32,000 nucleotides of DNA from Candidatus Heimdallarchaeota archaeon (GTDB lineage Archaea > Asgardarchaeota > Heimdallarchaeia > Heimdallarchaeales > Kariarchaeaceae). The notes under the pieces were generated by a model. The model saw nothing but the letters and a program-made list of their open reading frames with translations. It searched no databases and was not told where the DNA came from. The stretch lies in assembly GCA_030149205.1 (NCBI GenBank), contig JASBSB010000006.1, positions 540,001-572,000 on the forward strand, written 5' to 3'. Shown in pieces: positions 17,538 through 26,937 of the stretch (its first letter is position 1; every line of letters starts with the position of its first letter). A program made the position numbers and the translations under genes.

Positions 17538-18902
17538 ATGAAACAAGACAACCGTGCTGTACGTGACCCAATTCATGGTTACATCAGATTAAATGAGGCT
17601 GAGAACGCCCTAATCGACTCTCCATTTATTCAAAGGCTAAGGTGGGTGTCTCAACTCAGTGGAGTAAAGCTGGTATTCCCAGGAGGAACACATAACAGAT
17701 TGGCACATATCATGGGCGTCATGCATCTAAGTGGTTCATATGCAGAAAGTGTTTACGATGATTTATCAACAGAGGAGCTGAAATACAACAGGCAATTAGC
17801 AAGGCTTGCAGGACTGTTACATGATGTAGCTCATGGTGCTTTCTCTCATGCCTATGATGATACTGTCTACAAATTGGTTTATCCAGGGAATCCACATGGT
17901 CATGATACACACAGATACAAGCTCATTCAATCAGAATATTTGAAACCATTAATTGAAGCGTGTGGTGTAGAGCCACAAGCAATTATTGATCTTTGGAAAG
18001 GGGAAGATCCAGTTGCACAAGCCACTGTTCAAGGTGCACTTGGGGCAGATAGAATGGACTTTATGCTAAGAGACTCTTATTTTGCAGGAACAAGTCATTT
18101 TGGGACAGTCGCCAGTTCTCGAATCATCAGTAATTCAATCATAGCAGAACACAATGGAAAGAGGTCTCTTCATTATAGAACCAAGGTCCTTGATGATATC
18201 TTTCAAGCTTTATTAGGAAGATTTTACATGTACCGAGGGGTATATTTCCATAAAGCTAGTTCAGCAGCTGATATACTAATTAAAAGGATGTTAAGTGCTG
18301 CCGCTGAACCACTGAATCTCGCTGAAAGAACGACGAATCTAGAGGAATTTCAGTTTATCAATGAATACACACTCATTGGTGAAATTATGAGCAGAAACGA
18401 CAAAGAGATCCATAAGGCAAAAGACTACTGTACCAGACTGCTACAAAGAGACTTACCCAAGCTCGTCTGGGAAACCATAGTTCCTGAAAAGGTTGTAAAA
18501 ACTATCAGCAGTGATTTAGAAAGAGGATCAAAACTCATCGCTCATGAACAGTTCATCGACAAAATTAAAGCGATATCCGAGAAAAACGGCCATGAAACCC
18601 CTGAGTTTTATATCTTCAATACCTACCCTATGAGCACAATTGACCACGATGAATTCAATGCAGGAAATATCTATATCTGGGATAAAAGAGAAAGACTAGT
18701 GCCTGGAAAGAGATCACTGACATTCAGTGAGGCTATCCAATCTACAAGCTATTTTAAATCATTTTTAAGTAATGTTGAGGATAGACAGAGATATGTGATG
18801 ATCCGTGTATATACTGATAGAAAAGATGCTGCTTGGATCAGAAAACATGAGTTTCAAAATCAGTCCAAAATTGAGCCAGATATTTCTCAAACCAGTTATT
18901 AA
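17538..18902 (+). CDS. HD-domain phosphohydrolase, SAMHD1/dNTP triphosphohydrolase-like
   Basis: RDPIHGYI, QRLRWVSQL, HNRLAH, LLHDVAHGAFSH, ADRMDFMLRD and VYFHK. Confidence 0.92.
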   Translation: MKQDNRAVRDPIHGYIRLNEAENALIDSPFIQRLRWVSQLSGVKLVFPGGTHNRLAHIMGVMHLSGSYAESVYDDLSTEELKYNRQLARLAGLLHDVAHGAFSHAYDDTVYKLVYPGNPHGHDTHRYKLIQSEYLKPLIEACGVEPQAIIDLWKGEDPVAQATVQGALGADRMDFMLRDSYFAGTSHFGTVASSRIISNSIIAEHNGKRSLHYRTKVLDDIFQALLGRFYMYRGVYFHKASSAADILIKRMLSAAAEPLNLAERTTNLEEFQFINEYTLIGEIMSRNDKEIHKAKDYCTRLLQRDLPKLVWETIVPEKVVKTISSDLERGSKLIAHEQFIDKIKAISEKNGHETPEFYIFNTYPMSTIDHDEFNAGNIYIWDKRERLVPGKRSLTFSEAIQSTSYFKSFLSNVEDRQRYVMIRVYTDRKDAAWIRKHEFQNQSKIEPDISQTSY

Positions 18903-18947
18903 GTAACATATGTCTAAATTGAGATAGAATAGTGTCGTAATTTACAT

Positions 18948-19811
18948 TTAATTTTTGTCGTCTTCTTCCTTCATTTCAATTATTTCTGGATAGACATTTA
19001 TCCATTCACTCCACGAACCTGCATAAAGACATCCCATTTTACCTGTGACATGCTTCTGAACCAACAAATTGAAACAAGCTGTGACACCAGATCCGCAATA
19101 AAAGACAGAATCCTCTTTAATTGTTCTAAATTCAATCTTAAGAATTTCGCTTTCTCTAAGTGTTCCTTCTGGGTTTAAATTAAACTTCCAATGTCTGTGT
19201 GAAGATCCAGGAATGGTTCCTGCAATGGGATCAGGTCCAGAATCAATCCCTCTGTATCTGTTTAAATCCCTTGAGTCTATTAAAGAGAGAGATCCTAAAT
19301 TAGTCTTAATTTCATCTGAGAAGATTAGCGGAAATTGACCACCTTTCCAGTTTGAGGGTAATTTGAGATTCAGAGATGTTAATGATGAATGAGAAACTGA
19401 GTTTTCACCTGAATCAATCAAATATCCCTTTTTCTTCCATGCGTCTATACCACCCTCTAATACAGCAACATGAGGATATCCCAGAGTATTCAACATCCAC
19501 CATAATCTTGCTGCGTAACCTCCACCTGCATTATCATAAATTACAATCTGCTTATTAGGAGAAACACCTCTAAGCTTCAATAATTCTATAAATTTATGCA
19601 TATCAGGTAAGGGGTGTCTACCAGTTCTTTCTGTTATTTCACCTGTCAACTCTTTTTCTAAGTCCCAAAATACAGCATTAGGAATATGCGACTCCCTATA
19701 AAGTCTTAAGCCACCCTTTGGATCTCCGAGAATAAACTGTAGGTCTATTACATAGACTTTTGATTTATCTAAACTCCTTAAATTTTCAACGCTAATAAAA
19801 GTGTCAGTCAT
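18948..19811 (-). CDS. Two-domain rhodanese, 3-mercaptopyruvate sulfurtransferase type
   Basis: HIPNAVFWD, GRHPLPD, AARLWWML, LEGGIDAW, active-site loop YCGSGVTAC and LYAGSWSEW. Confidence 0.93.
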   Translation of the reverse strand: MTDTFISVENLRSLDKSKVYVIDLQFILGDPKGGLRLYRESHIPNAVFWDLEKELTGEITERTGRHPLPDMHKFIELLKLRGVSPNKQIVIYDNAGGGYAARLWWMLNTLGYPHVAVLEGGIDAWKKKGYLIDSGENSVSHSSLTSLNLKLPSNWKGGQFPLIFSDEIKTNLGSLSLIDSRDLNRYRGIDSGPDPIAGTIPGSSHRHWKFNLNPEGTLRESEILKIEFRTIKEDSVFYCGSGVTACFNLLVQKHVTGKMGCLYAGSWSEWINVYPEIIEMKEEDDKN

Positions 19812-19892
19812 TAACTACTAATTTCGAAGTGAGCATTAGAATATTAGAGTTTCTAATAAGAATTATATTTATGAAACTGATGAGTAATAACT

Positions 19893-20741
19893 TCAAAACT
19901 CATTTTCAACATAATCAATGAATTCATTTAGTTTGGAGTTATAATTTATATTCCTACCCATCTTAGAATGAGGGGACCCAGAAACCACCCAATTGAAATC
20001 AGTTGGTTTGATGAGTTCCAGGTTCCTTTTAAAGTGAGTTTCGATTGGGAACATAGAGTCATTTTCACCATGTATTAAAAAAATTGGAACTTTAATCTTA
20101 GGGAGATTATTCGCTGGTTCTACTTTTTGCCATGGAAATCCAGAGTGAAATAAAAGAAATATCTCCCAGCTGTAGAGCCAAGTGGGTATATGTAAAACTC
20201 TTAAAAATCCATAGAATGTTCCTTTAATATTGTTTGGAAGAGCTTCTGCTACAAGTGCTCTACTTCCCCAATGTGCAGAAAATATTGTTGATGCAATAGA
20301 TCCAAAAGACAATCCATGTAAGATTGGATTCTGAATTCCTTCATTTACACAGATTTTGTGGGCATGTTCTGCAAACCAAAGGGCCGTTGAGGTGTAATAG
20401 TATCGAGTTTGTCCATGGGAATATGCGTCTACGAATAAAATCGAGTATCCTCTATTCCAATAGACCTCACCTCTACTAACCATTCTGGCAGAATTCCTGC
20501 CCCATGAATGTAGAAGCACAACCCATTTTTCATCTGATGAATGAGGGTTAACACATTTCCAGTACCTCACTTTTTCAGGTAATAGCATTCCTTTGGTTTG
20601 AGTATGAGTTTCTTGGCCAAAGGGTATAACATACTCCCTTGATCTAAAAATGAATATATTATTCGTAAGAACCCAGAAAATAAAAACTGCGGAAATGAGG
20701 TAAATAAGGATTATATAAAATATAAATTCAAAAATATTCAC
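19893..20741 (-). CDS. Membrane-anchored alpha/beta hydrolase
   Basis: N-terminal TM helix, LLHSWG oxyanion region, HGLSFG nucleophile elbow, IHGENDSMFP acid and a C-terminal His. Confidence 0.88.
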   Translation of the reverse strand: MNIFEFIFYIILIYLISAVFIFWVLTNNIFIFRSREYVIPFGQETHTQTKGMLLPEKVRYWKCVNPHSSDEKWVVLLHSWGRNSARMVSRGEVYWNRGYSILFVDAYSHGQTRYYYTSTALWFAEHAHKICVNEGIQNPILHGLSFGSIASTIFSAHWGSRALVAEALPNNIKGTFYGFLRVLHIPTWLYSWEIFLLFHSGFPWQKVEPANNLPKIKVPIFLIHGENDSMFPIETHFKRNLELIKPTDFNWVVSGSPHSKMGRNINYNSKLNEFIDYVENEF

Positions 20742-20869
20742 AGATAGGTAAAAAATTAAGCTATAATAATCTTCTCGGACAAGGAAATCTCATTTTGTCA
20801 AATCTAGGTCTAAATAGAGAGATTTTCCGATTCCAGAGATGACAATATTTTTCAAAATTTGCAATAGAT

Positions 20870-21496
20870 TTGACTATGGATCAAACAATTAAGCTAAGCT
20901 CTACAGCTGCAAAACTAAGAGAGAAAGACATTAATCAGGTTCTCTGGATAATCTCTTTTATTTTTGTCTCACTGTTGGTCCTAACTGGATTTGCAATTAG
21001 ATCAAACATTCATAACGAAAATATTGTCCTTTTAGCCATTTTTGGTTTAGTTGTTGTCTCAATTGCCACCTTTGTGGGGTACTATGTTGGAAAAATAGAG
21101 AAAGATAAAATTGACAACACCATGATTTTAAGGTCAGATAGACTAGAACTAAAAATTGGGAAGAAAAACATAATTTTAGGATATTCTGAAATTGATAAAA
21201 TTGAAATACAGTTCATATATTTAGATCCAAAAGCCTCCACTGATTGGGTTGATGCATTAGTTAACACAGCAAGCTTTGTCTTGGAAGGTTTCAAGGACTT
21301 TGACCCAAATAAAGATGTCTTGTTAGAGATCCATCTTCAAACAGTTTCAGATAAGATAAATTTTTTTATTGATGGAGTAAGTTACAATAACTTAGACAAA
21401 TTCGTAAATTTTCTAACTTCTAAGCTTGTAAAAGCAGAAATAACAAAGAAAAGAAACGGGAAAAATTTGAAGGTTCAAATTAACAATCCTCATTAA
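20870..21496 (+). CDS. Hypothetical two-TM membrane protein with soluble C-terminal (PH-like?) domain; paralog of 22994..23665
   Basis: Two TM helices, then DPNKDVLLEIHL...FFIDGVSYNNLDKFV shared with the downstream paralog. Confidence 0.75.
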   Translation: MTMDQTIKLSSTAAKLREKDINQVLWIISFIFVSLLVLTGFAIRSNIHNENIVLLAIFGLVVVSIATFVGYYVGKIEKDKIDNTMILRSDRLELKIGKKNIILGYSEIDKIEIQFIYLDPKASTDWVDALVNTASFVLEGFKDFDPNKDVLLEIHLQTVSDKINFFIDGVSYNNLDKFVNFLTSKLVKAEITKKRNGKNLKVQINNPH

Positions 21497-21598
21497 AAAG
21501 TAATCATTTTTTTATAATTAACAATAAAATAATTCATAATTGATAATTAGCCTATTTTACAGGGTTAAAGTCATAACGTATGCGTCGAATGGTTGATA

Positions 21599-22876
21599 AT
21601 GAAATGGAAAAATTGGAGTGGTAATGTTAAATTCCAATTTCCAAACCTTGTGATAGTAAGAGAAGAGGCAGATATTATAAAAGCTATTAATTCCTCTTTA
21701 AAAGTACGCGTGGCTGGCTCTGGACATTCCTTTACGAATGTTGTAAAAACAGAAGAAACCTTGCTCAACATGGATGAATATAACAAGGTGGTGCAGATTG
21801 ATAAAGAATCGATGAAAGTCACTGTCCAGGCGGGAATAAAGTTGTATCAATTAAATGACATCCTCAACCGAGAAGGGCTGGCATTAGAAAATTTAGGAGA
21901 TATTGATAAACAATCACTTGCTGGAGCATTATTGACTGGAACACATGGAACAGGAAAAGGTTTTGGGATACTTTCTACAATGGTAACTAATCTAAGAATA
22001 GTCAATGGATCAGGAGAGGTGGAAGAATTAGAAGGAAATTCAGATGATTCTAAATTCAAAGCAGCGTTAGTGTCCCTTGGAAGTCTAGGTATTGTATCTG
22101 AAATAACATTAAAGGTGGTTGAAAAGTTCACTCTACATTATAGATCCAGGGTCACTACCCTTGAAAAGGTTAAAAACGAGCTTGAAAGCCTTATTACAGA
22201 GAATACACATTTTGAGATGTATTGGTTTCCTTTTACAGATAATGTTCAGCTTAAAATCTCTAATCATTCAGATGAATCCCCAGACTCTTCACGCATAAAG
22301 GATTTTATCAATGATATTATTCTAGAAAATTACCTCTTTGGAGGTTTGTGTTTTATAACATGGTTGTTACCCTTCACTAACAACCTAATTGCAAAGATTG
22401 TTGGGAATAGTATTTCAGAATTAAAAAAGACAGATAATAGCCCCCGGATATTTACAACTCCAAGAAATGTTCGGTTTAACGAGATGGAATTTAGTCTTCC
22501 TGTATCAAATGGGTATAACACCTTGATCAAAATCAAAGAGATGATTGTAAAAAAGAAGCATAAGGTTTTGTTTCCAGTAGAATTTCGATATGTTAAAGGA
22601 GATAAATTCCTACTTAGTCCAGCTTATGGTGAAGATAGGATTTACATAGCCGTTCATAAGTATCATAGAAGAAATTATGAGAAGTATTTTCATGACTGTC
22701 AAGAAATATTTTTCGAAATGGGAGGCAGACCACATTGGGGTAAGATGCATTATTTGCATGCTGAAAACCTTAAACAGCTATACCCAGAATGGGATAGGTT
22801 TTGTCAAATTAGGAAAGAAATGGACCCTCATGATAAATTCTTAAGTGAATACCTGAGAAAATTATTTCTTTCCTAA
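21599..22876 (+). CDS. FAD-dependent aldonolactone oxidoreductase (D-arabinono-1,4-lactone / L-gulonolactone oxidase family)
   Basis: WKNWSG, RVAGSGHSF (FAD-linking His), TGTHGTG, VSLGSLGIV, EMEF, PVEFR and the C-terminal GGRPHWGK. ATG at 21599. Confidence 0.93.
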   Translation: MKWKNWSGNVKFQFPNLVIVREEADIIKAINSSLKVRVAGSGHSFTNVVKTEETLLNMDEYNKVVQIDKESMKVTVQAGIKLYQLNDILNREGLALENLGDIDKQSLAGALLTGTHGTGKGFGILSTMVTNLRIVNGSGEVEELEGNSDDSKFKAALVSLGSLGIVSEITLKVVEKFTLHYRSRVTTLEKVKNELESLITENTHFEMYWFPFTDNVQLKISNHSDESPDSSRIKDFINDIILENYLFGGLCFITWLLPFTNNLIAKIVGNSISELKKTDNSPRIFTTPRNVRFNEMEFSLPVSNGYNTLIKIKEMIVKKKHKVLFPVEFRYVKGDKFLLSPAYGEDRIYIAVHKYHRRNYEKYFHDCQEIFFEMGGRPHWGKMHYLHAENLKQLYPEWDRFCQIRKEMDPHDKFLSEYLRKLFLS

Positions 22877-22993
22877 TCTGTAAACATCCTACAATCCATT
22901 TATTCAAATTTTTGAGTACATTTTAACCAAAAAATTATCGGTTGCAAACTGATTAAAGAAAAATATGTATAAATAACAACTTGAGTAGTAGGT

Positions 22994-23665
22994 GTGCAAC
23001 AATATTTCAAATTAACCTATTCTCCAGAAAATCTGCGAAAACGTAAGTTAAGACCTAGAAATTATACTATAGCGGCATTAATAGTCACTGGATTTTCTTA
23101 TTATATATTAATTCTGACTCCAGCAATAGACTACACACCTACAACTCTGAGCATTTCAATAGGTGCAATTATAATGTTCCCTTTGGCTATAGTTAGTGGT
23201 TACTTTCTTGGAAAAGCCCTCGTTGGAAAAGTAGACAACTCAATCGAATTAACTGCTGAGAGGATGCAATTTTCTATTGATGGAGAAGTCCACTGGATGA
23301 ATTATTCAGAGTTAAAATATTTGAAAATGTACATATATTATGTGAGGGAGATGAAAGGCTCTGGTGATTCGAGTGGTATTCTTCTCCCATTGATCTTTTA
23401 CTTAAGGCAAAAATACTATCATGTAAATCCAGAAAAAAAGGTCTTACTAGAAATTGATTTGAAAGGTTTTGACGATAATTTTAAGTTTTATATCGATGGG
23501 GTTAGTTACAACGAGGTCGAAAAATTTGTTCAAATAATTAAGACTAAGTTGAATAACCCACACGTTAATAGGACGAAAAATGGGGTAAACATGGAAGTGG
23601 ACATATATCAGATGATTAATTCCCTTAAGCTACCTACAAGCCTTGATGAGAATGGTGTAGACTAG
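22994..23665 (+). CDS. Hypothetical two-TM membrane protein; paralog of 20870..21496
   Basis: Two TM helices, then NPEKKVLLEIDL...FYIDGVSYNEVEKFV...KNGVNMEV aligning with the upstream paralog. Confidence 0.75.
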   Translation: MQQYFKLTYSPENLRKRKLRPRNYTIAALIVTGFSYYILILTPAIDYTPTTLSISIGAIIMFPLAIVSGYFLGKALVGKVDNSIELTAERMQFSIDGEVHWMNYSELKYLKMYIYYVREMKGSGDSSGILLPLIFYLRQKYYHVNPEKKVLLEIDLKGFDDNFKFYIDGVSYNEVEKFVQIIKTKLNNPHVNRTKNGVNMEVDIYQMINSLKLPTSLDENGVD

Positions 23666-23733
23666 CAATTTTAAAACTCAAATACAGTTCCGTTAGACAA
23701 AAAAGTTCTATATTATCAATACAATTCAATTTT

Positions 23734-24921
23734 ATGGGCAGTTATGAGTATTATTCAAAAATTCTAAAAAATGAGACATTACCTCTTGTTGCACTGGATC
23801 TAGACCTTCTAACTAATAACATAGCAGAAATTAAAAAAAGATTAAAATCAAACAAAAAAACTATTCGTGTTGCCTCAAAATCAATAAGAAGTATTGATGT
23901 ATTGAGATATATATTGAACTCAGACCCAATTTTTGATGGGATAATGGCGTATTCTCCCAGAGAAGTAAAACTTCTGTTGGAAAACGATTTCTCAAACATC
24001 CTTCTGGCATATCCAAGTATGGAAAAAGAACTCTTGTTAAATTTATACTCAAATCCCTCTAACTCTGAAAAACTTACATTGATGATAGATTCAATCGAAC
24101 ATGTGGATCTTTTAGAGGAGGTGGGTAAGAAATCCGGATGTAAGATTAGGGTCTGTGTTGATATTGATATGAGTGTGAATTACCCTGGGATTTATTTTGG
24201 GGTCTTTAGATCTAAAATTCGAGATGTACAGAGTTTGGAAGTTTTAATTTCCTATATTTTGAAGCTTCAAAATTTAAAAGTCGTGGGGTTAATGGGGTAT
24301 GAAGCTCAAATCGCTGGTGTTCCAGATTATTCTCCAGCAAGATCTCAGGTATTAAACTGGATAATCAGAAGATTAAAACATAATTCAATTAGAAAAATCA
24401 GAGAAAGAAGGTTAGAATGTGTCCAATTAGTTAACCGGATGGGAATAGAGCTTGAATTTGTAAATGGTGGGGGAACTGGGTCTGTCGAGAGTACACAAGA
24501 AGAATTAGAAGTCACTGAGGTTACCGTAGGATCAGGATTCTACAGCCCTTCCCTCTTTGACTATTATGAAAATTTCAAACATAGTCCAGCTCATTTCTTT
24601 GTCTTAAGAGTTACCAGAAACCCCACTGAAAATATTTTCACGTGTGCGGGTGGAGGTTACATTGCATCAGGGAGCATTGGTATCGATAAACAACCTGTTC
24701 CGGTGTATCCTGAAGGAGTTCGACTGATAGAGAACGAAGGAATGGGTGAGGTTCAAACACCAATTAGATATGGTGGCAGATTGAAAATTGGAGATCTGGT
24801 TTTTTTTCGACATGCAAAAGCTGGAGAACTCAATGAACATTTCGATGAAATAATCATTATATCTCAAGGAAAGATTATCAATCAATATAAAACCTATAGA
24901 GGACTCGGTACAAATTTTTGA
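23734..24921 (+). CDS. Fold-type III PLP enzyme (alanine-racemase N-terminal domain; amino-acid deaminase/aldolase-like)
   Basis: IRVASKSIRS (PLP lysine), GLMGYEAQIAG, VNGGGTGS, EVTVGSG, GEVQTP and FFRHAKAGEL. Confidence 0.9.
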   Translation: MGSYEYYSKILKNETLPLVALDLDLLTNNIAEIKKRLKSNKKTIRVASKSIRSIDVLRYILNSDPIFDGIMAYSPREVKLLLENDFSNILLAYPSMEKELLLNLYSNPSNSEKLTLMIDSIEHVDLLEEVGKKSGCKIRVCVDIDMSVNYPGIYFGVFRSKIRDVQSLEVLISYILKLQNLKVVGLMGYEAQIAGVPDYSPARSQVLNWIIRRLKHNSIRKIRERRLECVQLVNRMGIELEFVNGGGTGSVESTQEELEVTEVTVGSGFYSPSLFDYYENFKHSPAHFFVLRVTRNPTENIFTCAGGGYIASGSIGIDKQPVPVYPEGVRLIENEGMGEVQTPIRYGGRLKIGDLVFFRHAKAGELNEHFDEIIIISQGKIINQYKTYRGLGTNF

Positions 24922-25006
24922 ATATATTTAATATCCAGATGTTTTCAATTTGAACTACAGATTTTAGAGATTTAAATTTTCGCGTGAATTCCTATCGATT
25001 AAATGA

Positions 25007-25051
25007 ATACATTGTATAACATATCAGTGATCTTATAAATACTCAATGTAT
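25007..25051 (+). promoter_or_regulatory. Putative leaderless archaeal promoter (TATA) bracketed by an inverted repeat; candidate operator
   Basis: ATACATTG (25007-25014) and CAATGTAT (25044-25051) are perfect inverse complements flanking TTATAAAT (25033-25040), which lies 23-30 nt upstream of the ATG at 25063. Confidence 0.5.
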
Positions 25052-25062
25052 AGTATCATTAC

Positions 25063-25572
25063 ATGAGTATCCAGAATCCCGCAAGAAAAGGCCCGAAACG
25101 CGTATGGAAAGGATACAGAAACCTTAGGGTGCCTCTTGAGCTTTTCGAGGATGTAAAAAGATATCTTGAAGAGATCAAAATGGCATACCTTGGAGAGGAT
25201 GAAGAAAGGGTAATGGAATTTCGGAAAAGAGTCTCAACCACCCTATCACCAGAGGATAAAGAGCTGCTTAATCAGATCCCTGCTCTGCGACAGGAAATTA
25301 ACAGGCTAAAAGAAGAACTACAAACTCCAAATGTTTTATCAAATCCACTCTCTAACTATTCTCGATTGACTTCTAAAGAGAAAATCAAACAATTTCTATT
25401 TGAGCATTCAAACCAAAGATTTACAACGATTGAGATAGCACAACAGCTGTCTATGCCAGATGCCACCTGTAGACAAGCTTCCAGAGAGCTTTCTCAGGAA
25501 GACAATACAATTGTTCAAATTTCGGGTAGACCAAATCGATATTTTCATAGCAATATTAATGAAGAAAATTGA
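25063..25572 (+). CDS. Putative DNA-binding regulator: RHH-like N-terminus, coiled coil, winged helix-turn-helix
   Basis: YRNLRVPLELFEDVKRY (strand-helix, RHH-like), heptad segment LRQEINRLKEEL, and a C-terminal KIKQFL...FTTIEIAQQLSMPDATCRQASREL...GRPNRYF winged HTH. Confidence 0.7.
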   Translation: MSIQNPARKGPKRVWKGYRNLRVPLELFEDVKRYLEEIKMAYLGEDEERVMEFRKRVSTTLSPEDKELLNQIPALRQEINRLKEELQTPNVLSNPLSNYSRLTSKEKIKQFLFEHSNQRFTTIEIAQQLSMPDATCRQASRELSQEDNTIVQISGRPNRYFHSNINEEN

Positions 25573-25653
25573 GGGATTTCAAAATTATTCTATACAAAAT
25601 ATGGGTCAGCTAGGGGAAAATAAATTTAATTTATAAGAAATTGACAAACTGTA

Positions 25654-26649
25654 ATGGACACAAGACAACTCTTGACGCGAGGAGCAACTATAGTAATTGA
25701 TCCCCAACAGATAAGAATGACACCAGATGAATACCTGGCAGCCTATGGTTCGTATATGGACACAGTCTGTTTAGTCGCAAAATCTCAGGCGGGAACAACT
25801 TACTACCCAAGTAACTCTGCACCAAGAGATGAGGATTATGGTCAATTCTTTTCATCTTTTGCACAAATTGCCACAGACATAGGAATTAAGGTCTACGCAA
25901 TGTTTCATTCAACACATGACAAATATTTTTCCAAAAATCCAAATTTCCAGCTTGTGAATAACGGAGGAGAACCTGTCCCTGGATGGGTATGCCCTTCACG
26001 GGAGAATTATTGGTTGTATTTGGCGGAATTGTGTGCAGAAGTTGCTGAGTTTCCTATTGAAGGTATTATCCTGACAGACCTGGCTTATCCAAGAGAAACC
26101 ACCTGCTTTTGTGAAAGTTGTAGAAGGGTTTTTTCACAACGAAATAACATGGATAGAGACTTCTCACTAGAAAGATTACAGAGAAATGATACTTTGTTTC
26201 ACAAATGGTTAACCTTCCGAACCAATTCCGTAAATAAGTTAATTTCAACAGTTGTCAACAGGGTACATCAGATCAAAAAAATTGATGTACTCCCTGAACT
26301 CCTATTAGATCTACAGACCGGGCTTTTAGAAGGTTCATTACGCCATTTCGGACAGGATTACAACAGTATCAGACAGGTCACTTCACACATACTCATTCAT
26401 TTATTCCCTTGGTCTCCATTCCCAAGTACGGAAGAAGAAATAAATATGCTCTCTGAAACTTTGGGTGAATTTGCTGAACATACGGAAACTACAAAAACTT
26501 CATTATACATCTGGGATATCACGGATACAAAATTCAACTTTGCACAAAGCATCAAAACCAACCTGAACTCAAAAGAAATTTTTGTGCTTGAGGAAGAACC
26601 TATAGACTTTCTTGATAGAAGATCATTATATCTTGGTCTTGGTGTTTAG
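25654..26649 (+). CDS. Glycoside-hydrolase-like TIM-barrel protein (GHL10/GH42-like) with CxCxxC cluster
   Basis: WVCPSRENYWLYLAELCAEVAEFPIEGIILTDLAYP followed by CFCESCRRVF, then WLTFRTNSV; no signal peptide. Confidence 0.65.
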   Translation: MDTRQLLTRGATIVIDPQQIRMTPDEYLAAYGSYMDTVCLVAKSQAGTTYYPSNSAPRDEDYGQFFSSFAQIATDIGIKVYAMFHSTHDKYFSKNPNFQLVNNGGEPVPGWVCPSRENYWLYLAELCAEVAEFPIEGIILTDLAYPRETTCFCESCRRVFSQRNNMDRDFSLERLQRNDTLFHKWLTFRTNSVNKLISTVVNRVHQIKKIDVLPELLLDLQTGLLEGSLRHFGQDYNSIRQVTSHILIHLFPWSPFPSTEEEINMLSETLGEFAEHTETTKTSLYIWDITDTKFNFAQSIKTNLNSKEIFVLEEEPIDFLDRRSLYLGLGV

Positions 26650-26769
26650 AGTCAACTGATCTTCCCAAATCTGAACAATTAAGGTTATGATTTCCATGTT
26701 AAACAGTGGAACCTCACTAGCTCTGTTGATCCTCAAAATGACTCATCTATTAAATATAAAACTACAATT

Positions 26770-26876
26770 CTACAGTAATTCGCAGCTCTTCTTCATATGT
26801 ATGATTCCCATACCTAAGCCTACCTCAGGAACCCATCTTAGAAAAGATTTATATGAAGTATCCAAATTTATTTAGC
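26770..26876 (-). pseudogene. Decayed duplicate of the 3' end of the NAD-dependent epimerase gene
   Basis: The minus strand reads *INLDTSYKSFLRWVPEVGLGMGI, versus YMNLDITKLSSLGWVPEVSLAEGI in 27815..28069 (12/22 identical from NLD to GI). There is an in-frame stop at the Tyr position and no start codon. Confidence 0.75.
26814..26837. repeat. 24-bp direct repeat, copy 1 (copy 2 at 27883..27906)
   Basis: CTAAGCCTACCTCAGGAACCCATC vs CTAAGCTTACCTCGGGAACCCATC, 22/24 identical, offset 1069 bp. Confidence 0.85.
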
Positions 26877-26937
26877 AGAATACTTTGGTACAAATTGATG
26901 AGGTAGTTAGACGTCTTTCAAAAATTTCAAAAGTTAA

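Noticed and set aside
20783-20828. Imperfect inverted repeat GGAAATCTC...GAGATTTTCC in a divergent promoter region
   Set aside because: Short, imperfect and unsupported by a neighbouring regulator; compatible with chance.
26687-26875. 62-aa plus-strand ORF in the ORF track
   Set aside because: It is the antisense of the decayed epimerase 3' remnant, which explains the sequence better.
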